Shown here one piece after another: positions 49,501 to 61,405 of a stretch of DNA of 64,000 nucleotides (the first letter of the stretch is position 1; each line of letters begins with the position of its first letter). The notes under the pieces are model-generated. The model was not told where the DNA came from. It saw nothing but the letters and a program-made list of their open reading frames with translations, and did not search any database. The stretch spans positions 28,740,150 to 28,804,149 of the forward strand of contig NC_134026.1 in NCBI RefSeq assembly GCF_964204645.1, given 5' to 3'. The position numbers and the translations under genes were made by a program. Source of the DNA: Tubulanus polymorphus (taxonomy: Eukaryota > Animalia > Nemertea).

Positions 49501-50572
49501 TCGCTTGCTCTCCACTATAACGCGGCATATATTTTGTAGAAACTGGCAATAAAACGACGGGTATCATTTTCTGATTTATAAGAATTGTTTCTTCATATGG
49601 AATGTGACCGTTACATTATCGCACAGAAATGATTTAGATCGTAATAATGGATCTATATCATATATATGTATATATGTGTATGTGGTTTTTGCAAGAAATT
49701 TCCATTACGTGTTGTTGTGATGGCTATGTACGTATTTTTTTGGATAATTTGTTATATTTCTACCCAGTTTACCGGGACCTACCCCGTATTACACAGTGCT
49801 GGAAGCCAATGCACTTTTGAAGGTTCTGCAATTTCGAATGTCATTGCTTGGGGTTGACATTGCGATGAGAAAATGTGTGGTGTGGATTTGATGTTATTAC
49901 TCGAAGCAATAAATTTTCTATAATCACATTTTAATCATCCCGGATTATCTTTTCAAATCACTAACACCTGAAGGGATGTGTAACGCGTGAACGTTTAGAT
50001 TGCTAACTGCACCTCTACTATTAGCAGCCCTACCTACGTACCCCATATTTCGCTGAAGGTTGCGGGGGAGGTTTTATATCAACGCCATTTTTCTGGGCTT
50101 CTTCCTTCGTGAGAAAGTATTTGTCAATTTCGTGATATCGTTGATCCACTCCATTGTACTTGTGATTACCGAGAAACCATGCAACTCGCAATATCGCCTC
50201 AGCAAAGTCCTGCTTTGAAAGATGTTGAATAACCAAATTAGGATCTTCCGCCGTGGTTGACAGGGACGCCTCAATTTCACCTGTGTTCGATTTGATGTAA
50301 TCCTGCATGGATAATTAGTACCGATATGCAATCAGAAGAATGTCGTCCAAATTATCATAGCCTTTAATTGAGGAAGTCCGAGAAGTAGTTTGAATATTCA
50401 AATAAGGCCCGGCCTGACCCGGCCTACGCTCAATTAGGCTAAAACTCCGTTAGAGCCTGTAAGTTGTGTATAAGTTGATTACACCTACCTTTGCCTTGTT
50501 CATTATGTCCGACAAAGCAATAATATTTGGTAGAATTACAACATTAACCAAGATGAGCACGTTGATTTTCAT
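46580..50572 (-). CDS. Uncharacterised secreted Cys-rich protein with C-terminal EGF-like and calcium-binding EGF domains
   Basis: Phase-consistent exons: 50572-50489 (signal peptide MKINVLILVNVVILPNIIALS), 50302-50042, 48719-48453, 47694-47523 (ATASYYMCWYT...FCP), 47331-47053 (DPCFG...YTCDC...GFKWD...LCI) and 46975 onward (DIDECAENLNNC...CRNSVGGHYCACVVGY...C). The 3' end is either the stop at 46764 or a further exon ending at 46580. Confidence 0.75.
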
Positions 50573-53500
50573 TTTCTTAATTTTTCTTACATTTTTTTGC
50601 AATTCCCTTGACTCTTAAAGAAAACCGTTGCTTTTCGTTGCATGTAACCTAGCGATAGGTCAGAGCGACTTGTTTTTGTTGAAAAGTGTGTGAATTAAAC
50701 GAATTCATGAACCTGTCATGGCGATAAGTAAGAAAATGGAAACAAATCTGTCTGACGACTGTGGATAACTGACGAATGACGTACTTAGGAAATGAAATGT
50801 CGCATTAGCCTTTAAGACGTCTGAAGTGAAACGAATGCGTTTACCGAGGCCAGTTTACAGATAAATCGACCATCACATCGCATTAATTCCTGGATACATT
50901 TGGTGACATATCCCAATATCCCCATCAATCCGCATTGGACTAACGATTTCCGTATTGCTAGTATTACTGGACATACGTACACTTTATAGAATAAATAGTC
51001 AATGGGATGTCATTAGTCGCCAGTGTTACTGCGGTTTTATAAATTAAACATTGACCAGATTGCTGATAATTGTGAACTGTTTATTTTTCTTAAGCCACAA
51101 AGTTTTATTCCAAAGTTCAAATTTGATGGGAATTAATCAAGAACAAAGTACGGCAGGTAGAAAGGACAAATAGGACACATTCCCACGAAACAACTGGTCC
51201 TTTATAATGAACTTTGCTTAGAATTTGATAAGATTAATGCACCTTAAACGAAAGACTGACCACAAAATCTGATTAAGATAGAGTTGAAAATGTATTAATC
51301 ATTGGCGCCAATATCGTCATTTTCTTCATATCTGTCTGGTCAATTAAAACCTGTTGCTCGAAGGCTTACTATGGTACAGTGTTCTAAATTGGATACGTAT
51401 TATCCGATTTCTTACACGGTGGCGTATTATCAACACGATTTGATGATAGGAGGTGATTTTTCCAGCGGAAGGGAAAAATCGCCACGAGTCACGATGCGTG
51501 ATGGTCGTGACACACGTAGCTGGATACGTTTTTCAGGTTAATAAGAAAGAAATGTGATTGACAAAATGAGATTTTTCTTTTCGACTATCATTTTACACTC
51601 ATGAACCTTGGCGATGGTTCGTTTGCTTTTTATCAATGCTAGAAGAACCACGCGCCCTATTCTTTATCCCCTGTTTCTTGTGTGATGTAAAACCGCACAA
51701 AAACGTTAGAATTCCATTCCTTTTGAAAGGTAAGGATTACTGTGGTAATGGCATCCAAGACCTCATTCTCGACAGGTCAGCTTTAATTCTTTTTGGATCA
51801 ACGCGCCATCAATTTTTTAGCATGTTCTGTCTCAGGGATTTAGAACTTCCTCTTTGAGCGCACATCAAAGTTAAAAACCATCAGAAAAAAAGATGTAACG
51901 TTAAATACTACAAAAAGCTTTACGATGAAAATAGGTACAACTAGTATTTCTTAACTTTAATTTCCCATGAAGCGGTTCAAGCATTCAGAAGCAGATCATT
52001 GACAGATGATTTTCTAGGTTACAACTTTTTTTTACAAGTGTCTCTATTATCTGCCAACCGCCGCATTTCATCTGACGAACTGTTAGATGATTCTTGTTAT
52101 GAAATTTTGATGGTTCTAGTTTTCATGAGAAAACACATAATTATCATTCGGTTTTGGATGTATGTACGTAAGCTTAAAACTACACTTCTTATGTATCAAT
52201 CAGGCATAAGTAATTTCTAACAATAATGGTATATGGGACTGTGATGAGTTTCAGGTGTACCAAATGGAATTGGATGAGAGACTCGTGCTTGATAAACTAT
52301 ACGTAGGAGTCTCTGCGAAGCTAATTCTTATTCGCGTATCAGAGCCGCCTTCCGCCCGTAGGTACGTACGCAACACCAGCGTCTCATAATCGAGATCAAA
52401 ATCAACAGATTCCCAGCAGCAGACATTCTCGCTCTTGTAAACGTAAGAAAATGAAAAATCGGATTTACATCTATGACGGTAAGTAATTCACCGCAAGCCG
52501 ATGTTTAAGTCTTCGTTAATCTTTTTGAGTTCAGTTTCCAATCATTAGGACAGTAAAGTCAATCATGAAAAAATTATAGATACATTTTGAGGATGTAAAT
52601 ATGATTATGGATTTCATGACGGTGCATTGCCTATCATAATAGTAATATGATATGTACATCGTTACTTCATTCCATTTACGTATCCGGTTTTTTTACCGCA
52701 GTCGAGAACATATGATACCAATCTGTATAAATGGATATTACTTCAATTTTCTTATTAGATAAAATCTATCCGATGGTGTGAGTTGTGTGTTTATGCAGTA
52801 CTGTGAAACAATGACACAATACCCGAGTATTTCTTGCGTCAGACCTCGTAATTTTATGTACTTGTAATTGCGATAGATTTTGAAGCAATAAATCAAGGTT
52901 TGTGCGTTGATAGACCGATAACGTAAATCGGTTTACTGTAATCATATTTACGCAGGTACAGTCACAGGTTTTTTCGGTTAATGATTCTACCAATCTTTAC
53001 GCCTTCTGGTAAAATCAAAAATACTATATATTTTTGGTATCTCATAATGTATGACATCCTCCATTGAATGAATAATTAAATAGAACTGTGTACTAACTGA
53101 GGTTAACTACAGAAATGAGCCCAAACGAGATATTTTCCTCATCTCGCGCCGCAACTTTATGGCAGGGCACAAGTGGTTCTTTATATCTTATTTAGATGTA
53201 ATGTATCTTTTGCGTGACGAAGATGAGTTTGAATTTAGTAGTCGAGTATCTGTCTGATTCAATATTTAAACATGTTTTTGTAAATAGACTATTACGAGGA
53301 GATCAGATCACACCACACCATCAGATCACGTTGCATAAACACAACTAAAATAACGTCTGCAATACGATAAACGTTTTTCTTTATTTCTCATATTTCTCAT
53401 ATTATGGGATAGTTTTGAGTTAATATCAGTCTTATTCTATTCCTAAAAAAGTTATCCTTGTTGCGTTGGTTTCTTGTTTCAAATCCAATTTAACGCTGTC

Positions 53501-56500
53501 TTATTTTCGTTTTGTCGATGTTCCATCGATTCTGAATATGTGTATAAATTCTGTTTATAGAGTAAACTTCACTGAATCCTTCGTTTTATCTCTGTATAAA
53601 ACTTAATACTCTAACGGAATTCCACCAGCTGTTTAATCCAGATATCGGACAAGATTACACAGGCTTGATTACTTACAGAATTTTGATTGGAATTCACGCG
53701 CATCTATCGTTAATCCAGGGAGATCTACTAGAGAGCGAGATTAAATACAAAAGCAACTCGATGAACTCTTTATTTGAGCCAGTAGTAATTCAATTGAAAG
53801 AAGTAACACTTGAATTACAACCTCTCCGGAAAGGGGATGAAATCATGAAATACACGCGGCACCTTCACCATACGTACGATGACCCGTGTTTGGTAAATGG
53901 ACCATATTCTCCGTGATAAAACTTAAAATGATATTTCATTTCTAAGTCTCATCATAATTGTTCTTGTTACAGATCTAAATCTGTGCCATATGGTCGATAA
54001 TTGGTAACTCGGCTTATAAACAATTACGTAAGATCCATCTATAATAACATGGAAACACATTAAACATGCATGTAGCGCTAATTATGGAGAAGGTTAAACT
54101 GCTATCGTTACAACGTTCGAGAATTATGAATAAGAAGCCACAAAAACATATCTCTAAAACAAAAAGGTTCAGATAACGATATTGAATGGAATTTCATTTT
54201 GCATATTCGATGACATTTTTCGGTCACATTCGTCACAATATGACGCAAAATCCGTTCGGAGAATTGGCCTTTTTAGAAAGGGGTAACATTTTCCGCACCA
54301 GTCTCACGTATAAACGGATGATTAGTTTTTCATGTTATTCATATTGTCGAAGGATCAAAATACAGAAAACCTAAGTTGTCTTCGAAATGTCACACACTGC
54401 AAAGGTTTCCATGTCACAGATAACAACTAATTGTTCTATTATTTTTATCAGAGGGAAATAGAGGGTAGTCAGTAGTCAGGGCACTAGCTGTAAACCTCCT
54501 TCAAATCATGTTTTTATTTTTCTTATGAATGAAGTGAAATCATCCGAATGTTTTTCAAATGTACGATTCAGATGAACTTGTAATAGGCTAAAATGCTATT
54601 GGCTGTGAGCTCTGTAGCGCGAGATGACTTTTTTCAACCTGTGCCCAACCTGTCGCTTTGGGTTATGGATAATTTAGAAACCAATTAGTGAATACTGTTC
54701 GGCATAGGATTTGGAATATGATTGTCAAGAACGATACAAGTGACATTCGATAGCTTGTGGCTACGATTCTCGTTAGAATGTGACGGCTGACCGATTGACC
54801 TTTAATCATCCTGTCATGTTTGCTCGGCGACTTGGTGGCTGAAATGGTAGATGCGCCACTAGTCGTTTCCTTCATTCGGCTTTTATTCATCGCATGTAAC
54901 TATCACGAATTTTACGCTTCGACTAATACACTGAGCTTTCAGTTCCAGCTTAGTTGAAATTGTTTACCCAACCGCAGTACTGATGAAAGAGTAATCATTC
55001 ATCAAAAATGAACGTTCTTCTACGTGAGCTTTCAATTGGGCAATATATATCAAATTGCTTTTCGTTCTATATAAAGAATTACCACAATAGGCAAAATACT
55101 ATAAATCTACATTTGAAACAGGGGAGCTCGATGTCACGGACTCCAATTATTTGATATCGGTAATGAAACACAGGGTCGTTGCGGCAACGCTTGTCATTGC
55201 GAATTAATTTGTGAATAGTCGAATGAACAAAATTCCCCCGCAGAAAATGGATTTAAATCGCTATTTATGAACACGTATGTAAATACAGTTTCTAGGCAGG
55301 CAGATTCTCAAACATACGAACAGGAACAGAAATTGATTGATATATGATTTAGAAATTCAGTACTCCGCACCTTCGTGTAAAGGATCGTACTTGATGGGTA
55401 TTACAGATGTGAATTAAGCGTAAACGGATGCAGTAGGATTTTTAACAACTCTTAACCTGCTATAAGCGCATTATAACCGAGTAAGAAGGAGCGCCCCTCG
55501 AGCCGACAGACAATATTCCGTGGTTTTTCCCTTGATATCATTCATTGGTACATGTATTAGTTTATGATGAAGACATTATTTTCGGGTACGATTCAAGTCC
55601 ACACGCTGTCATTAACTGCTGAGTTGTAAATCAACAGTCTTTTATCAGTCATTCTGCAGGCTGCCACGTATTCTCCTTATTTCCATCATATCGCACGTAC
55701 CTACCTGTCGATGATTTTTCTCGAGATATTTTCCATGCAAATCGTCTTATCGGTTAGTTCATGGAACGAACACGTCCATCCCTCGAGGAGATATTCTTAT
55801 ACGTCTTGTAGACGTGTTGGTTGTTATACAACATAAGACAAGGAGGACTCCGACTGTAGGTGTTATTGCGCATCCACATATCTATTCATTGATTGATCGG
55901 TTTCTACGTTGGAAATACGATCAAAAGGAATATCATTCACTTTGCATTGTGTCATTAGGTTGGAAACCTCTCGAAATGAGCCTCTTTCCAACTAAAGAAT
56001 TCTATTAGCCACGCGAAGCCATTGGAAATGCTTTTGCGTCACCGAAAATCACTTTCTCACGAAAATGCAACCTGAAATGATTTTTCATTTGTTTTTCGAA
56101 GATTACGAAAGATTGTTTATCGACGTAGAAAATTTTTATAAGAAAATTTTTGATTGAATCTAATCGCGTATCCCGCGGCATTAGCTCGGGTTCATAGATT
56201 CACGTTAACAACAGGGGCGCGTGATATCTATCGATCAGCGATACAATCGACACGTGCTGACTAAAGGTTTCCGCTGGATCTCACAAAGGACGTAGAATAA
56301 AGTTCATTTAGGCTAGATTTATTTTTCCGTCTGAAGTTCTGAAAACAGTACCGTATACATAATATATACTTATGAGTATCACAGCCGGCAGAAATTGTCA
56401 GAAAAAAGACCGGGCCTCAAGAGGAATTGAATTGACTAATACCTGAATCGTTTAGTCCTACGTTCAAACGATGTTAAATAATGCAGTTTGCGGCGTTCTG

Positions 56501-57919
56501 AAATAGTCCCAAAGTGGTTTCTCCCGTGAATGAGATATGTAATTTTCCGAGATTGTTTTAACGCCATGTGCTATTCGGATGAATTATTAATAATTTTACA
56601 GCAGAATATGACAGTCAAACACGAAACTTCTAAATTACTCATGCAGGCAGTATATCTATAAATTCATCAAGCGACCATACAATTTGTAAAAATTCTGCCG
56701 TGATAGGTATTCAAAATGAATTGTTTCTTTTGATGTCCATTCTGTCGCTGTGTTTTTGCAATGTACACGAAATGTTGGACTGGGCAGTCGATCAAACATC
56801 ATCTGACTACATTGATCAATATCTGTAAACATTACTACGGATGAATTAAGAACGGGTTTGAATGAGTACGTCTTAGTCGGAATAGTTTGATATCCCCTGG
56901 AGATTTGATAAACTGGTATAACAGTGGGTAGTCTTCTGAATTTGACGCTTTCACAACGCGTGTACAGTCATCAAAATGCTTCTGACTGAACTTAGAACAT
57001 CGACTCTGCCCTCAATTAATTATGTTTATTAGTTACAAATACAAGCATAGTGTTTGATATTACATTATTATGATACAGTATAATAGCGCACCTGCTCCAG
57101 TCCCTGACTATTTATTAGTGACTGATTTACTGAATATGTCGCAGCAACAAAATCTTCGATTTCTCGATACATGTCGTACTGGTAGCCGTACAGATATTTG
57201 CTGAAGACACACACGAAACAAAACAATTATTAGTTACTAGACATCGATATATCGTACACAGTCCTATCAGATTCCTATTTCCCCTTCGATAACGCACGTA
57301 TTACTGATTTCGTGCGAAGTCAGTTCCGCGGTAAATGGTTTCCAATCGACAGACTTTGACGTATTTTATCAATTCAATCATCTTTGCTTGGAAGGGCAGT
57401 GATTCCCCGCCTCATCATTTCCAACAAATGATATTGAATGTTGATAGCGAGGAAATTCGTCAGTCCGATGAGTAGGAAGATGTTTGCGCGCGGAATACAG
57501 AAAATCACCGAACACAGCCTCGCCTCGCGATTACATCGTTTTGATAAAATGCTCAAATGTCGTCTTTATTAAACATCATTCCCAATCGGCAAAATATTGT
57601 AAATCGAAGGTTGAGGATGGTTTGTGTGATTTATAAGTTGTGTTTACGGAACGAGGTGAATGGGCCATTGATTATTGTTTGTAATGCTCTCACTTGTTTT
57701 TCGTGATGCGGAAGTTAAGTAAATAAATCCATTTCCCCTAGAATGAGATGAATGGATCCTATCAGCAGCCTACTACAATTTCTATCGTTTGAGCCAAAAA
57801 AAAATAAAATAAAATCCCCATCATAGAATGACCATACAGTATTACCACAGAGTATCAATGTATATAAACTATAAAGTATGAATCAGACGCATCTTTTAAT
57901 TTTCAAATGAATACATTTT

Positions 57920-58335
57920 TACGGAAGCGATAAGGGGCCTCGAGATGTCGCGTTCCAACTCGACAAGTCGCCATATTTATGTCGACATATCGCGATATAT
58001 CGCGTCAAGTCGACATGAATATGTCGACATATCGTGAAGTTTTTACGACAAATATCTCTTTTTCGCCCATTTTCCACGGATCAAGCCGTCATTTGAAGAC
58101 ACGTCTAAATGTAAGATGAGGACACCAGTGATATGACGACTGAGTTTCAAGTCGTCATGAATATTTTGACTTGTCGCGAAGAAAGTGGTCGAGAAAACGA
58201 AATATGTCGTCAAAACGTCACGATATGTCGACATATTCATGTCGACTTGACGCGATATATCGCGATATGTCGACATAAATATGGCGACTTGTCGAGTTGC
58301 AACGCGACATCTCGAGGCCCTTTATCGCTTCCGTA
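57920..58335. mobile_element. 416-bp foldback/MITE with ~140-bp TIRs
   Basis: tacggaagcgataaggggcctcgagatgtcgcg... mirrored by ...cgcgacatctcgaggccctttatcgcttccgta; internal atgtcgacat repeats; direct repeat catttt at 57914-57919 and 58336-58341. Confidence 0.9.
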
Positions 58336-61300
58336 CATTTTAGAGCCGAAGTAGCTACGTATCATGTCCCGCTAAATTTCCATTTTTTTCATAGCTTATT
58401 TTCATTAACATAAGAGATGTGGATATCTATTTTTGAAAATGACGTCTCTTCTCGACACTGAATTCAATTCAGATGAAATATCACGTTACAGAACGTCCGC
58501 ACCGTTCGCCCGTCACACTAATTATTAGAATTCTAGTGGCATTCGATTATACATCGTGTTCAGGAAAAAACAACCCGCTCTATTCTTCGTTATTTTAGTA
58601 TCCAGACTGAACTGGCGACATAAAATGCTATCAATATTTCATTGAAAATATCTTTCGAATGAATCGAAATTAGATTCGCGGTAGATATTTTCGCCGCCGA
58701 CAATCGAATGGGAAATTTAATTAAATTTTGTGTAGTTTGGAATCACGCAGTCAGATATCGGGTTTACCTCGATCATTTTTTTCTGATAGATCTGTTCTGT
58801 TTTCGAAATAAGATGGCGATGAACTTAGTAGAATGGAAGAGTAGCCTGAATACACGTAGGGATTAGATAAGATTGAAATCCATTACATACAAATTCAAAA
58901 GATTAAAAACGATTTAGCAAGAATTAAAATGAAAAAAAGAACGCTGAAATACAAGACGTTTTGGAATATCTCTAGAGACCATTGTCATATATCATATTCC
59001 CGACGGTGTGGACGCTTTAACAATATGTGTTGTCATAATATGCATGTATCAGATTTTCTGAGAACTTAGTGTGATTTTTCTCGGTGTCGTTCTTATTTAT
59101 TCAAGATGGTTCATGTTATTCAAGGCTTATCAGTTTAGACTGGGCATATCATCACCGGAATACAGTTCCGACAATGGCCGAGTTCAAGGTCAAATGAGTT
59201 CACATTCACGCCGACGTCACTTCCTAAATCACTGCATGGCGTTGATAAATGGGAATCAAACGGGCTGTTACCGTCTTGCATTGACGCATTGGCATATCCT
59301 GAAATTACTCGATAAAAAGTACCTTAAATAGTTAGAACGGTGGATGTGACGCTTAGTCCAGACGATCTTTACTGTCTTAGATGATCGTCAATGCGAACAT
59401 AAACCGAGTGTTTTGCTCAATAACACCGGAAATCGTAAAATGCACGCTGAGATATTCTGCCAAACATAGATTATCTCGCAGATGAAATAAATATCCTCCA
59501 GTCGCAGCCAGGGGATGACAAAACTCTTCCCAACCGACGATTTTATGGAGCCGTTGATTTTTAAATACCGCGTTGTAAACGGATAAACCGAATGCGTTAT
59601 TGGCACGTTATTGCTGCGGATTCGGTTTACGATTGATCAGTGAAATCTACCGACGAATTTAAATATTCGGTAGAATCGTACTGCCAGGTGATCGCCGTGC
59701 CCGAGGGATTTATAGGGCCAATGAGACATTCTAAAATATCTAAAATTCTTTTCGGAGGAGAAACTTTCAATCTGTTGCCAGTTAAATCGTGCAGATCTAA
59801 TTTGACATAGAAAAATTCGCTCGATTCTTACCGGGCTTTAAATTGTTTTGAGACGCAAAATAGGTTCTAAACGCCACCACATTTCGGTTACTGATGATTT
59901 TTCGAAATTCTATCCGAAAAACAACAAAACAGAAAAAACGAAAGAAAGAAGAAGGTTTAAGATAAGATGATCGCAGCAAGTTGCTTTATGGTGATACGAC
60001 ATCAAGATGCTTAGAAAAATATCGGAATGGTAAAAGAAATGTATAGCACGTAATTTGAGAGATTGCTGATTCGTATTGTTTGCAGTAGGAGGTGAAATGT
60101 GGAAGTTGCGTGGTCCAGTAATTCCAAACGCAGAATCTCATCTACTGTTCCCCTCGTGAATATCAAATGGAAAGAGTCATGTTGCAAAAAATTAAGCAGA
60201 CAATGCGATATGGGTATAGTTTTTACAATGTCATTTCGTCACTAGAGGAGTAAATAAACCGTATAGAATTCTAATCGGGCATCTCGACTTACATTGTCAT
60301 AGGATATCTAACATTTTCCATCCAGGTCTAATGAAATAGCAGTAGCATATTAAAGGTGTGATAATCCGATTTTGAGTTCTTTGTACAAGCTTTCAATGAT
60401 TCGCTGAAGTCTCGATGTCTTAAAATAATCTTCCAGATAATATTCAAAATCGTGGCCCAAGTCCGATATACGACATTATAGTGCAACGTGTAGAGATACT
60501 TTTGGAGTAAATCGGGGAATTAATGCGCAAGCTGAAACATAAACGCGTAGATAATATGGAACTAAAAGAAGTTCCATGAAAATAGATGGTTGATTGGGGA
60601 TCCATATTCTACAGCTGATGACACGCGGCATCTTACATACTAGGGTGACGACTCCACAAGACGGTTGACAGGTAGACACCCTCAGTAAGGTGAAAACTGT
60701 ACCGGACGGTTGACGATAGGCCCCTCACGCCACTTAGGTTCCGTGTGGACTCGTATACCAATCGTCTTGTCTTCTGTTTCGAGGACATCTTTCACCTAAT
60801 TAATTATTCCAAAAAATCAATTAATATAATATTTCATATCATTTCATTATATACTAGCAGGAAACTCAGGTTGGTTGATGTGGAGACATACACATCAGTG
60901 GAGACACATACAGCAGCGTCACATGTTTTTAATATCAAATGATATATTCATGTTCCTTAACAGAGAAATTAATATTCAAATTGGTTCCCCTAACCTCTAT
61001 CTCTAAAAACCTAACCTTAGCCACAATCATTCACATTTTAAACTATGCTAAAAACCTTCCTAAGGTTATTTAGGACCAAAGATTTGTCACATCAACATAA
61101 AAAAAATCCACCCTTCGACCAATTTGAATATAAGGAATATTATATTTGAATGTTATATATACATGTGTGCCTTTTTTGTGTTTCGAAATGCCAATATCAT
61201 CCAAATCATCCGCAACTTCATAATACGCAATGGATTTATGAGAGACAATGAAACTTATAATAATGATAATGATAATTTTATCTTATGAACACAAATAGCA

Positions 61301-61337
61301 GTTAAAGGGGTGGAAAAACTGTCATACTTCAGTTCTG

Positions 61338-61405
61338 GTTGACGGGTTGACAGGTGGCCACCTGTTCTCATAGTTAACTTTAGGTGTCGACTGTCAACGG
61401 TCAAC
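61338..61405. repeat. Short imperfect inverted repeat (GTTGAC/GTCAAC), with a related fragment at 60661-60680
   Basis: gttgacgggttgacaggtggccacct pairs with aggtgtcgactgtcaacggtcaac; acggttgacaggtagacacc at 60661 matches the left arm. Confidence 0.5.

Noticed and set aside
53665-53916. 83-aa ORF and other short ORFs at 51-64 kb
   Set aside because: No recognisable domains or consistent exon chain; lengths are compatible with chance.
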